Source: an uncultured Hormoscilla sp. (lineage in GTDB: Bacteria; Cyanobacteriota; Cyanobacteriia; Cyanobacteriales; Desertifilaceae). From it: a DNA stretch of 64,000 nucleotides. A program made the position numbers and the translations under genes. Location: assembly GCA_963921275.4 (NCBI GenBank), contig OZ001293.3, forward strand, positions 384,001 through 448,000. Reading direction: 5' to 3'. Of this stretch, positions 24,160 through 34,859 are shown in pieces (within the stretch, counting starts at the first letter, position 1; every line of letters begins with the position of its first letter). The notes under the pieces are model-generated. The model saw only the letters and a list, made by a program, of their open reading frames with translations. It searched no databases and was not told the DNA's origin.

Positions 24160-25356
24160 GTGAAATTAGGAGTATTTTGGCGACAGATAGGTCAACCAAT
24201 GGTATATTATCCTCAGGTGGCTAAAGTTACTGGTGGGGTAACTGCTGCCGTGTTTTTCTGTCAACTGTGTCAGAGTCATTCCTCGGGTAATTCTCAAGAA
24301 TGGATATCCATTACTGTCGAGCAAATGGAGGCGGAAACCGGTTTGAATTCTTCGGAACAAGATCTGGCACGCCGCCAACTTAAGGCCCGATCGCTCTTGA
24401 AAGAGAAAATAGTTAGCGGGAAAAGTGGGGCCCTGGAGTTTTGGCCGGACCTGGAGGTCCTAGAAAAAAGATTAGAGGATAATTTGATTACACCAGAGGA
24501 ATCTCAAGCATCTCTAATTCAGGTTCAAGATAAAACTCCCAGAACAATTAAAGAAGATAAATATTTCCCGGTGCGACGTCAAGCTATTGCCGTGCAAGTC
24601 ACTCCGAATTATCAATTTAGCGGTCCCTGGAAGTCTCCTGCTGAATTAGAGGAATTTCAACGGACTTTATTAGAGTATGCTAAGATCCAAGGGTATCCTA
24701 ACCCTTCGGGATGGGTTTTTAAGGTGATCGATGGCATGACTAAAGGGTTATTGTCTCCCTTTTGGGATGAATTTGTCGCCGGAATAGCTTTAGGTGAAAG
24801 TCAGAAAGTTAAGCGGGACTGGGAGATAGAACCTGGTGTTCCTTATCCCGCCTTTGAAGAAGAACGCATTCAATATTACGTTAGCAAAGGAGAACCCCTA
24901 GAAGCAGCAGTCTCTAAAGCCAGTCACGATCTCAGAAACCCCGTTATGGGACAAGATTTGTGGTCCGGGTTCCTCCGCAAGTGCGATCGCATCGCTGAGG
25001 AGGCGTTAGCTGCGAAGAAAATGGGCGTGCAGACCCCCTATCTGCCCTCTTCCTTTACGGAGAGACCGGAAATTACTAAGGAAAGTGTCATGCAGAAGCT
25101 AGCAGCAGTTAATCCGCAATTTTCCCTGGAAGCATCTCCTTCCGACTCCCTGAACGAACTAATTTTAGCAGCGGTGGATAAATCAGCAGAACAGAAAGAA
25201 CAGAAACCAGCATCCGATGTTCCGCCTCTTGCTACTTTGCAGGAGATGTTTAAAACTGCGATCGGGCGATCGCTGGTGAAAAAGCAAATTGCCGAACACC
25301 CGGAATGGGGATATGAAATAGTTGACGGGAACGTGGTAGACTCAATTCCTTTTTAG
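24160..25356 (+). CDS. Hypothetical protein with N-terminal winged-helix/replication-initiator-like region
   Basis: Long open ORF; GGVTAAVFFCQL...MEAETGL..EQDLARRQL resembles phage/plasmid replication HTH domains. Confidence 0.6.
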   Translation: MKLGVFWRQIGQPMVYYPQVAKVTGGVTAAVFFCQLCQSHSSGNSQEWISITVEQMEAETGLNSSEQDLARRQLKARSLLKEKIVSGKSGALEFWPDLEVLEKRLEDNLITPEESQASLIQVQDKTPRTIKEDKYFPVRRQAIAVQVTPNYQFSGPWKSPAELEEFQRTLLEYAKIQGYPNPSGWVFKVIDGMTKGLLSPFWDEFVAGIALGESQKVKRDWEIEPGVPYPAFEEERIQYYVSKGEPLEAAVSKASHDLRNPVMGQDLWSGFLRKCDRIAEEALAAKKMGVQTPYLPSSFTERPEITKESVMQKLAAVNPQFSLEASPSDSLNELILAAVDKSAEQKEQKPASDVPPLATLQEMFKTAIGRSLVKKQIAEHPEWGYEIVDGNVVDSIPF

Positions 25357-25366
25357 AGGGAGAAAC

Positions 25367-25603
25367 ATGAGAAAAGTTAAAGATATTGATGGCTTTAGTT
25401 CCGCCGGACGTCCTCTTCTGTCAGCAAAAGAATGTCAAAAACTGCGTCAGGAGAAAATTCAGCAACAGCAAGAGTCAAACTATCAACTGTTGGCAGAACT
25501 TTGTCGCTTAGGGGAGGAGGACGCTGCCAAGCTACTGACAAACCGCAATTATAGCTGGGGTTATGAAGTAGTTGACGGAGTGGTCAGGGAAAGGTTAGAT
25601 TAA
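25367..25603 (+). CDS. Hypothetical protein
   Basis: RBS GAGGGAG; shares the WGYE(I/V)VDG motif with the upstream gene. Confidence 0.65.
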   Translation: MRKVKDIDGFSSAGRPLLSAKECQKLRQEKIQQQQESNYQLLAELCRLGEEDAAKLLTNRNYSWGYEVVDGVVRERLD

Positions 25604-25805
25604 TTGCAAATTGGGAATTGAGAATGGCGAATTATTTGATGGCAAGTGGGGGCGATGATTGGAAAATTTTTGGCGATCGCATGTGGTTGGTGTACGCAGG
25701 ACATTGGCGTAAGCATGTGGCCGGGGCACAAATCAGTAATATAATAATATGAACCGAAAGATCTCTGATGCCGTGCCCCTTGTATACTAAGATTAGTCTG
25801 GTGGA

Positions 25806-26633
25806 GTGCGATTCGTTCTAGTCTAACGTAGTCAAACACGGAACGCTAGCCTAAGAAATTAGGAACTCTGGTAATCATGGGGGTTCAATTCCCCCTCCCC
25901 AGGTACGGGGGTCGAGGGTACTACCGGTCGGAGGTGCTACGGAGCGACATCGCCGTGGTGCCTCCCGAGGACTTAAATGTAGGATAACTGGCAGCCTAAG
26001 CCGGTGACGCCGCTAGGAAAGATGCTAATGGTTAGAACAAGCGAACCTATGTAAACCTCGTTAACTAGAACCAGCGGAATAAGGCTTATGCGCTTGCCCA
26101 AAAAAAGGGAAATGGTAGTTAGTATTAGCTCTTCTATCTGGCTAATAACGTACTCAAAGAACTCCCGGGGTATAGTAGGAACCTAAAAGCATCGTGAAAT
26201 GATACTAGGGAACGAAGTAACCCATCGTGTGCTGTCTACCGAGACCAGTCAGATGTGAAGCGCAAGCTACGGTGGGAGGGATGGCCCAAGAAGCAAAAGC
26301 CCTAATTAATGCCTGGGATAAGCAAACAGGGGTCGGTGACAGTAGGAAATCTCGGGCTAAAGTAACCCTAATACGCCCCAATACCTAGCATGCGAAGGTG
26401 GGATAACTGGTGAAACGGACTCAGATAAATTGGTAATACTAAAGGTTATCCGGCAGCGCCACTTACCAACCAGGAAAGGGGAGAAATTACATGAGATGAG
26501 GGACAACGGGAGTAATCCCCAGTAATCCTACCAATGACAAGGCCCTACTGCCCAGTAGCCGGGTGCGGTGAAAGTCGCAAGCCCGGTTCCGCTCTTGGAG
26601 GGTTGGGGAGTGATTCCCAGCTCGACCCCGACC
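25806..26633 (+). ncRNA. ORF-less group II intron (828 nt) in the IS110 left end
   Basis: GTGCGATTCGTT; D5 gtAGCcgggtgcggtgaaagtcgc; ctcgAccccgacc; EBS1 TCTATC pairs 6/6 (2 G-U) with GGTGGA. Confidence 0.9.
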
Positions 26634-26851
26634 AGAGCACTCAAACACTCTCTCTACTTCGGTCAGGTGAAGCTGGCGTGCCCCTAAGACACCTTAAGGC
26701 TAAGTCTGTTGTGTAGATTAGCTCCCTGCAGGTGAATCACGACTGGTTTGATCCTGATACTGTCCAGTATCTTAGGCCACCCACGCTTTGTTGAGCCTGC
26801 TAAACCGCGGTTAGTTGCATTGACCAGTCAGCATACAATTTGTATGCTATC
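26634..26851 (+). ncRNA. Putative IS110 bridge RNA
   Basis: CGTGCCCCT (26677-26685) equals the left target flank; TGTAG (26712-26716) is the reverse complement of core plus right flank; CAGTATCT (26765-26772) equals the donor end. Confidence 0.75.
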
Positions 26852-27686
26852 GTGCGATTCGTTCGGACGTAAACCAGTAATGGTGAAAGTCTGATCTGGT
26901 TCAGTAAGCCAGATAACTCTGGTCATCATAGGGGTTAAATTCCCCTCCCTCAGGTACGGGGGTGACACCGGTCGGAGGTGCTGCGGAGTAACATCACCGT
27001 GGTGCTGAGCGAGGACTTAAATGTAGGATAGCTGGCAGCCACAGCTGGCAACTCCGCTTGTTAGAGGCTCATGGTTAGAATAAGCGAATCTCTGTAAGTA
27101 TCGTTAACGCAAACCAGCGAAAGGGCTGTTACGCTGGCCCAAAATGGGAAAGCAGTTAGTATCAATGTTGGTATCTCATTGGTATCGTACTCGAAGAACT
27201 GCCGGTATAGAGGAGAGACCTAAAAGCCTCGTGAAATGATATCAGGGAACGAAGTAACCCCACGTGAGCTGTCCAGTAGGACCAGTGAGATGTGAAGCGC
27301 AAGCCACGTGTGGGAGAGATGGCCCAAGAAGCTAATGCCTAGGGTAATGCCTATGGATATGCAGACGTGGGTCGGTGATGTCAGGAAACTACTGGAATAA
27401 GTAGCCTTAAAACGTCATAGGCCCATTCACAGCGTTAGCTAAAGTGAGTTGAGGAATGTATTACTGGTAAAACGGATATGTAAATGGTGATACTAAAGGT
27501 TTTCCGGCGGCGCCACTCACCAACCAGGAAAGGGGCAAACATGTAAGTAGTAAGGGACAACGGGAGTAATCCAAAAGTTACCTACCATGAAAAAGGGCCT
27601 GGCACCCAGTAGCCGTGTGCGATGAAAGTCGCATGCACGGTTTCGAAAGGGAGGGTTGGTACGCGAGTACCAGCTCGACCCCGGCT
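26852..27686 (+). ncRNA. ORF-less group II intron (~835 nt) in the IS110 left end
   Basis: GTGCGATTCGTT; D5 gtAGCcgtgtgcgatgaaagtcgc; ctcgAccccggct; EBS1 GGTATC pairs 5/6 with GCTATC. Confidence 0.88.
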
Positions 27687-27721
27687 CACTTAAAATTGAG
27701 TTAAAATTGAGGTACAGTGCT

Positions 27722-28162
27722 ATGACACAAACAGTTCTAGGCATCGACAGAGCGCAAAAAGACATTTCATGTCGCTCTGATGCTTGAGAACGGCAAAACT
27801 CTCACCAAAACACTTCTACAACGACGACAAAGGGTTCAGCCAGCTGAGCACCTGGCTAGAGAGACATGAGGTAACGACAGTCCATGCTTGTATGGAAGCC
27901 AGAGCGCATCTATGGCGAAGCATTGGCAGAATATTTGTACTCTGCTGGTCATATTGTTAGTATCGTGAATCCCGTTCGCATTAAAGCTTTTGCGCTCCGA
28001 CATAATTCTTTGCTCAAAGCGTTCAGCGACCGATTGCTGAATCGCGGTAAGGTAAAGATGCAGGTGATTGGAGCGGTGATGCGCAAGTTGTTACATATGG
28101 CTTTTGGAATATTAAAGTCCCAAAAGCCCTTCGATCCGAATTTTTTATCGGCAACCCCTTGA
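27722..28162 (+). pseudogene. IS110 transposase remnant
   Basis: MTQTVLGID, VHACMEA, VSIVNPVRIKAFA joined to C-terminal GKVKMQVIGAVMRKLL; frameshifts and a large central deletion. Confidence 0.85.
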
Positions 28163-28184
28163 CAGTTCGACACAGTATCTACAT

Positions 28185-29270
28185 TTAATTGGCGCTCGCC
28201 ACCCGATGCGAGCGCATCGGGGTCGGGGCACAGATAATATTGGCGATCCCATGTGGCCGGGGCACAGATAACATTGGGGATCGGATCTCTTCCCTGACAT
28301 CTATGGTAGGGGTACGGAAGAAATTTATCAGGATATAAACTAAAAGATATCTATTGCCGTGTCCCAGCCCTAAATTTGCGATCTCCTCCTGACATTTGAT
28401 TGACATTATATTCGCGATCGGGCATCGGGTGGCGAGCGCATCGGGCCGGGGCACGGCGTATTTATCATAATAATATGAACCGAAAGATATCGGATGCCGT
28501 GCCTCTACGGAACATTGGCGATCGGATGCAGACAGAACATTGGCGAGCGCATGTTGTCGGGGCACAGATAATATTGGCGAGCGCGTGAGACCGGGGCACG
28601 GCGTTTTAAACATTTTCATTATTAGGGAAAATTTTCGGATACGCTGGCGCTGTGCTCCTACAGGAAATTGGCGATCTCGCATCAGGGGGCGAGCGCATGT
28701 GTTCGGGGCACAGATAATATTGGCGAGCGCATGTGTTCGGGGCACAGATAATATTGGCGATCTAATTTATTTCCTGACCAGCATTGTAGGGGCATGGCAT
28801 CGATAAATTAGGATAGAAACTGAAAGATATATATCACCGTGCCCCGGCCCCACGAATGAGTGACATTTAATTGGCGATCAGGCATTGAGGGGCCATCGCA
28901 TGTTGTCGGGGTACAGATAATATTGGCCATCGTAAGCTGTGATGCATCTAAATTGCATATTTCCCTATCAGGTTAAATCGTGGCAACCCTGTATACATAA
29001 GCGTTTCCGCCATAATGGCCAACGCATGACTATGCATTTTAAATGCGCGACAGCTTATGTTGTCGGGGCACAGATAATATTGGTGATCGCATGTGGTCGG
29101 TGTACGCAGGACATTGGCGATCGCATGTGGCCGGGGCACTGCGGATTTAATATCATAATATGAACCGATAATCTGCGCTATGCCGTACACCTACAGTTCA
29201 TATGAGATCGCATCCAGACATAATATTGGCGATCGCATATGAACGTTGACATTATATTCGCGATCGCCCC
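28185..29270. repeat. Degenerate REP/HIP1-associated repeat cluster
   Basis: Many variants of ggggcacagataatattggcga(g/t)cgcatg interleaved with ggggcacggc...gccgtgcc hairpins; similar blocks at 25670-25780 and 31890-32280. Confidence 0.75.
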
Positions 29271-29618
29271 CGCTTCTTAAGACCAAGAAACCGGGTTTCT
29301 TTGAGAATTTTATCATCGACACCGAGAGGTGACTTAAGAAACCCGGTTTCTCAACTCATACGCGATCGCTCCCCGCGCCGTCAGACCAAAAAACCGGGTT
29401 TATGCTAGAATTATCGCATCGACACAGAGAGGTGACTTAAGGAACCCGGTTTCTCAAGGACCGCGCGAAAGCCAGTGATTCGCCGGAGGCCATCATCGAT
29501 GCAGCCTCTTGTCCAAACCAGTTTCTGGGATTATGCTAGTTAACAAAATTTAACACACCCGACAACGGCCAAAGAGTTAGAATGACAGCATGTTTCCATC
29601 AGTTGAGATAGGTGAAAG

Positions 29619-30704
29619 GTGATGATGAATACATTGTATAAATCATTAATGGCGATGCTGGCAGCAGGGGTACTGGCAGTGGGAAGCAGCAGCTACGCTA
29701 CCACTCGCACAGAGTCTAACCCAACGGTGAAGTCCGACAAGGTGGAGTTCCGCTGTCTTAATGGTTACGATATAGTCCTGGGCAAGCGTGTTTGGTATGC
29801 ACGTGGGTTAGCGCTGAAATCACAGTTGAAACCTCAAGAAGCATTTGTATCTTTTGATAAAGCTACCGAAATTAATACTCAGTTTGTTCAGGCTTGGCGT
29901 GAGCGAGGTGAGATGCTTTTATGGTTGAGGCGATACCAAGAGGCGCTAGTATCTGTGGATAAGGCGCTCTCTCTCAAGTCTGAAGATTTTATGCTTTATT
30001 ATTGGCGAGGCATGGTGCTGCATGCATTAAAAAGGTACACAGAAGCAGTGGAGGCTTACAGTCAAGCCATTAACATTAACCCGACTTATTATTTATACAA
30101 GGTCAGGTCTGCAGCACACCAGATGTTAGGAAACCATCAAGAAGCGCTTGCAGATTCCAATAAAGCGATAGAGCTTAACCCAGAATTAGCCCCAGAATTA
30201 GCCGAAGGAGGCGTCAACTCGGAAAATGAAAGCAGAGACTCGCAAGAATTACAAAGGGCGCTCGCAGAACAAAGGGCGCTCGCAGATTTAAATCAAGCGA
30301 TAGAAATTAACCCAGACAATGCCGAAGCATACTTCAATAGGGGTGTGGCACGCTATAACTTGGTAGACTTATACGGGGCGCTTGCAGATTACAATAAAGC
30401 AATAGAAATTAAGCCAGACTATGCCGAAGCATACTCCAAAAGGTGGATGTTACGCTTATTAATCTTGGGAAACTCACAAGGGGCGATCGCAGATTTCAAT
30501 AAAGTGATAGAAATTAAGCCAGACGATGGAAAAGCTTATTACTATCGTGCGGTTTTATATAATCTACCAGGAGGAGATAGGCAAAAAGCGATCGAGTATC
30601 TGCATAAAGCTGTACAACTTTTCCGCGAACAAAAGGATTGGATTTGGGGCTACTTAGCTGAGGATTCACTCAGACAGCTTCAGCAGCAGTTAGACATGGA
30701 CTAA
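29619..30704 (+). CDS. Tetratricopeptide repeat protein with signal peptide
   Basis: Repeated ALADYNKAIEI.P..AEAY units. Confidence 0.85.
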   Translation: MMMNTLYKSLMAMLAAGVLAVGSSSYATTRTESNPTVKSDKVEFRCLNGYDIVLGKRVWYARGLALKSQLKPQEAFVSFDKATEINTQFVQAWRERGEMLLWLRRYQEALVSVDKALSLKSEDFMLYYWRGMVLHALKRYTEAVEAYSQAININPTYYLYKVRSAAHQMLGNHQEALADSNKAIELNPELAPELAEGGVNSENESRDSQELQRALAEQRALADLNQAIEINPDNAEAYFNRGVARYNLVDLYGALADYNKAIEIKPDYAEAYSKRWMLRLLILGNSQGAIADFNKVIEIKPDDGKAYYYRAVLYNLPGGDRQKAIEYLHKAVQLFREQKDWIWGYLAEDSLRQLQQQLDMD

Positions 30705-30914
30705 CTCCTGGGACGCCAGCCGATCGCCTTAACATCAGAGGCGATCGGGCCTAGTCGGAGATCGGGACTTTGTGGAGAAGATGAGGTGCGATCGCATCCG
30801 GTCCTTGTCCAGAACAAAAGCATAGGAACTGAAAGATATCTAACTATCGGATTTGATATTACCGCTTGATTCGGTGCTATATTGGTAATTGGAGAAAGCA
30901 TATCTGGAGGAATC

Positions 30915-31163
30915 ATGCAAACGATCGCTTTACGCACCCGGATCGGAGGCGATGGGATCTTACATTTGGAAGTTCCCGTCGGGCTAACTGATACTGAATT
31001 AGATGTCAAGGTTACGATGCAACCTGTCAAAGAGGAAATAGATAGTCCTGAAGGACGGGGATGGCCTCCTGGCTTTTTTGAAGAGACTTTTGGTTGTTAT
31101 CAAGATGACCCTTTGATAATTGATTTTGAAGGAGAATTCGAGGATCGCGAAGCGTTACTATGA
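30915..31163 (+). CDS. Putative type II antitoxin-like protein
   Basis: MQTIALRTRIGGDGILHLEVP...WPPGFFEETFG, RBS GGAGG. Confidence 0.55.
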   Translation: MQTIALRTRIGGDGILHLEVPVGLTDTELDVKVTMQPVKEEIDSPEGRGWPPGFFEETFGCYQDDPLIIDFEGEFEDREALL

Positions 31164-31394
31164 GGTATTAGTACGATACAGTAGTTGGGCGCGAAGGGAG
31201 AGGCGATCGAGGGAAGGAGATCGCAGATAGTTCCCAGGTTCGCAGGTTAAAACCTGCGGCTACACAAACAAAGCCTGCCTGCGCAGGCTAAGATTCAGAT
31301 AAAGGGGCGATCGCATCATTGCAGAAAGCAGCACAACATCTTACATAGGAATGATTTGGGCTATAATAAGAGAAATTAAGTTGGAGAAAGGCTC

Positions 31395-31874
31395 ATGAGT
31401 GAAAGACTAGACAGAATTGAAGCTATTCTAGAGCGGATGGCAGAACAGCGAGAAGCGGATCGCCGTGCGATGGCAGAACAACGAGAAGCCGATCGCCGCG
31501 AACGAGAAGCAGAATGGCGCAAGATGGCAGAACAACGAGAAGCCGATCGCCGTGCGATAGCAGAACAACGAGAAGCCGATCTCCGTGCGATGGCAGAACA
31601 ACGAGCAGCCGATCGCACGGAGATGGCAGAACAGCGAGAAGCCGATCGCCGGGAGATGGCAGAACAGCGAGAAGCCGATCGACAAGAGATGGCAGAACAG
31701 CGAGAAGCCGATCGACAAGAGATGGCAGAGTTAAGGAAAACCGTCACAGCTTTAGTCCAGATAGTTGAGATCCATCAGCGTAACTTTGATGAAATCATGA
31801 CTTATGTTAGAGGTATACAAGTCGAGAACCGTCGCATTTTAGAGCGGGTGTTTGGTCCTGATTTCGATAGGTAA
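31395..31874 (+). CDS. Coiled-coil protein with an 11-aa tandem repeat
   Basis: MSERLDRIEAIL, about 9x MAEQREADRxx, IQVENRRILERVFG. Confidence 0.8.
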   Translation: MSERLDRIEAILERMAEQREADRRAMAEQREADRREREAEWRKMAEQREADRRAIAEQREADLRAMAEQRAADRTEMAEQREADRREMAEQREADRQEMAEQREADRQEMAELRKTVTALVQIVEIHQRNFDEIMTYVRGIQVENRRILERVFGPDFDR

Positions 31875-32351
31875 TAAGATGGAAATGAGGGTGAGCGATC
31901 GCATGTTTTCGGGGTACAAATAGCATGTGCGATCGGGCATGTGGTCGGTGTAGGGCGGATTTAAAATTATCATATTAACCGATAGCGGATGCAGAGGCAC
32001 GGCGGCAGTTACATTTTCATCTTCACAGATAATTGGTGGATACGCGCTCCGCTGTGCCCCTACAGGTGGCGATCGGATGCATCCAGAATAAATGCGATCG
32101 CATATGGTCTGGACATAGATAAAATTGGCGATCTGATTTATTTTCTGACATAAATGGTAGGGGCACAGCGCCAGCGTATCCATAAATCAGGATATAAACT
32201 AAAAGATATCTATTGCCGTGCCCCGGTCCGACATTCGCGATCTGTTGGGTGACATTTAATTGGCGATCGGGAATTTGTGGAGAAGAGATGATCGGGCAAT
32301 CATGAGTTACACTTGTAGCATAGTTAAGCAAAAAGTTGGGAGAAAAGATCA

Positions 32352-32885
32352 ATGTTGTCAGTAACAACGACCCCTCTAGCGGAATTTCTCAGTCAACCCA
32401 ACATAGAAGCATCCCCAGCATGGGAGTTCATTTTAGGACGGGCGATCCAAAAACCAATGCTAACACTTTTTCATTCTAGGCTACAGCGCCACCTAGTTAA
32501 CTACATCAACGATCGTACAGAAAGATTTGAAGCCGTGCAAGAACTGCGTTGTGTCGTGCCTCCCTATTCACCAGTACCCGATATTTCCGTCGTTGCCAGC
32601 GATCGTCTGCCCACAGAAGATGGTTCTCTAGAAGGTGCGCCAGATTGGTTAATAGAAATCCGTTCTCCGGACCAAAGCACCCTCAACTTACAAAACAAAA
32701 TTATTCACTGCTTGGGCAACGGAACGCAACTTGCTTGGTTAATAGACATGAAAAGTCAGCAAGTTTGGGTGTGGCAAGAAGATGATTTACCCCTTATATG
32801 TTCGGGAGAAGATCCCTTGCCCATTTTAGGTACAATACCCCAACTGACTGTAAACATGGTAATGGCGATGCGGAGTAGGCAATAA
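32352..32885 (+). CDS. Uma2 family endonuclease
   Basis: QKPM..FHSRLQ, QELRC, VPDIS, PDWLIEIRSP. Confidence 0.88.
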   Translation: MLSVTTTPLAEFLSQPNIEASPAWEFILGRAIQKPMLTLFHSRLQRHLVNYINDRTERFEAVQELRCVVPPYSPVPDISVVASDRLPTEDGSLEGAPDWLIEIRSPDQSTLNLQNKIIHCLGNGTQLAWLIDMKSQQVWVWQEDDLPLICSGEDPLPILGTIPQLTVNMVMAMRSRQ

Positions 32886-32974
32886 GCAGCGGTTTGCAGT
32901 GGTTCGCAGTGATTCCCAGGTGGTTGCCGTCGCCGGTTCCAGAATAAGCAGGATCGAATTATGAAACTATGGTA

Positions 32975-33419
32975 TTATCCATTAGATCGCGGTAATTTTT
33001 CTCTGACTTTCTCTTCAACGGAGTTGAGCAAGTTAACAATATTTTCACTCAGGGGTTCGATCGCGTAGCGTGCGCGCAGCGCATTCTGGGCAAGTTCTAA
33101 TTCCGCAGCATCAACCTGCCCCAAATTCTTCATCTCCAGTATACGAGATGCGATCTCGATGTCTCCTGTGTGCCGAGGCCCCTGGGACGAGAGCTCTGGC
33201 AGAGATATCGAAGTGGAGTTCCTGATGCAGAGTTTCCAGAGATTGCCTTTCTGGGATCCGTACTCAGCCATACCTAGAGAATACAACCACTTCCCTAAAT
33301 TGGCAGTCCCTGTGAGAAACGAAGTCCGTCAGTTTAATATCTAACTCTCCATGCAGAAAGGATCTGAGTTTGATCTTCCACAGGGAATGTTGAGCTTTTG
33401 CTAAGGAGAAGTCAATCAT
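32975..33419 (-). pseudogene. CZB (chemoreceptor zinc-binding) domain protein, disrupted
   Basis: AKAQHSLWK...SHRDCQF/GKWLYS; frameshift plus two mini-element insertions. Confidence 0.65.
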
Positions 33420-33447
33420 ACCACTCATCCCTTCGGGGGGGATACAT

Positions 33448-33608
33448 CTACGAACGGGAAACACTAAATTGTTTACTACGAACGACGGAAAACACTAAAT
33501 TGTTTACTACGAACGACGGAAAACACTAAATTGTTTACTACGAACGACGGAAAACACTAAATTGTTTACTACGAACGACGGGAAACACTAAATTGTTTAC
33601 TACGAACG
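33448..33608. repeat. Tandem repeat, ~31-bp unit x5
   Basis: gaacgacggaaaacactaaattgtttactac head-to-tail, no spacers. Confidence 0.9.
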
Positions 33609-33656
33609 AGGCACGGAAAGGTGGGCGATGCCCACCCTACCTAAGACTCTGGGAAA

Positions 33657-34859
33657 TTAAGCCTCATCTAAGGCCGCAATGCCCGGGAGAACTTTTCCTT
33701 CCAGTAACTCCAGACTAGCACCCCCACCAGTGGAAATGTGACTCATTTGCTCTGCTACGCCTACCTTTTCTACCGCTGCAACCGAGTCCCCGCCCCCGAC
33801 GATCGTCGTAGCGCCTGTCTTCGTCAGATCCGCTAGCGAGCCCGCGATCGCCTCAGTCCCCACCGCAAACTTATCAAACTCAAACACTCCCATGGGGCCA
33901 TTCCAGATCGCAGACTTGCAGTCTGCTAGCGCTGCTTGGAAAGTCTTCACCGAGTCAGGGCCAATATCCAACCCCATCCAACCCTCGGGGATGGCCTCAA
34001 CTTTGACGGTTTGGGCATTAGCATCAGCAGCAAAATTATCCGCTACCACCACATCCGTGGGCAACAGCAGGTCCACCCCCTTTGACTTGGCCTTCGCATC
34101 CAGTTCCTTGGCCAACTCCAGCTTGTCATCTTCCACCAGAGACTTACCTACACTCAGTCCCCGGGCCTTATAGAAGGTAAAGATCATCCCGCCACCCAGC
34201 AGCAGCTTGTCGCATTTTTCCAGCAAAGTCTCAATCACCCCAATTTTACTGGAAACCTTGGAACCACCAATAATCGCCGCCAGGGGACGCTGGGGATTTT
34301 CGATCGCCGCTTGCAAATATTGCAGTTCCTTCTCGATCAAGAACCCGGCCACCGAAGGACTCAGGTATTTGGTCACCCCCTCCGTGGAAGCATGGGCCCG
34401 GTGGGCAGTACCAAAGGCATCATTCACATACACATCCGCTACCGAGGCCAACTGCTTGGCAAATTCCGGGTCATTGGCCTCTTCTCCCGGGTAGAAGCGG
34501 ACATTTTCCAGCAACGCCACGTCACCATCCTTCATTCCGGTCACCGCTTTGGCCACCTCGTCACCAATGCAGTCATCCGTCTTGACCACCTTCTGGCCCA
34601 GCAACTCCGAAAGGCGATCGGCCACCACATTCAGGCGCATGCCCTCGTTCACCTTACCCTTGGGACGCCCGAAGTGGGAAGTGAGAATCACCTTCGCACC
34701 CTTACTGGTTAAATCCTGAATCGTTGGCAAAGCCGCCTTGATGCGAGTATCATCAGTAATGCTGCCGTTATCCACTGGCACGTTGAAATCCGCCCGCATC
34801 AGCACCTTCTTGCCCGATAGATCGGACTTCGATAAACTTGCTATAGTTTTCTTGGACAC
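33657..34859 (-). CDS. pgk: Phosphoglycerate kinase
   Basis: [35 protein letters not shown]. Confidence 0.98.
   Translation of the reverse strand: MSKKTIASLSKSDLSGKKVLMRADFNVPVDNGSITDDTRIKAALPTIQDLTSKGAKVILTSHFGRPKGKVNEGMRLNVVADRLSELLGQKVVKTDDCIGDEVAKAVTGMKDGDVALLENVRFYPGEEANDPEFAKQLASVADVYVNDAFGTAHRAHASTEGVTKYLSPSVAGFLIEKELQYLQAAIENPQRPLAAIIGGSKVSSKIGVIETLLEKCDKLLLGGGMIFTFYKARGLSVGKSLVEDDKLELAKELDAKAKSKGVDLLLPTDVVVADNFAADANAQTVKVEAIPEGWMGLDIGPDSVKTFQAALADCKSAIWNGPMGVFEFDKFAVGTEAIAGSLADLTKTGATTIVGGGDSVAAVEKVGVAEQMSHISTGGGASLELLEGKVLPGIAALDEA

Larger units (their letters stand above)
25781..28180 (+). mobile_element. IS110 family (IS621-like) element, non-autonomous, containing two introns
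   Basis: CT core at both junctions; ends join to give ACAGTATCT-TGTAT; -35 TTGACA (28159) and -10 TATACT (25783); transposase remnant inside. Confidence 0.88.

Noticed and set aside
28185..29270. Possible degenerate CRISPR array or coding ORFs
   Set aside because: Irregular spacing, and the intervening sequences are themselves repeats; the ORFs on both strands are repeat translations
33448..33608. Possible CRISPR array
   Set aside because: Units are head-to-tail with no unique spacers, and no cas genes are present
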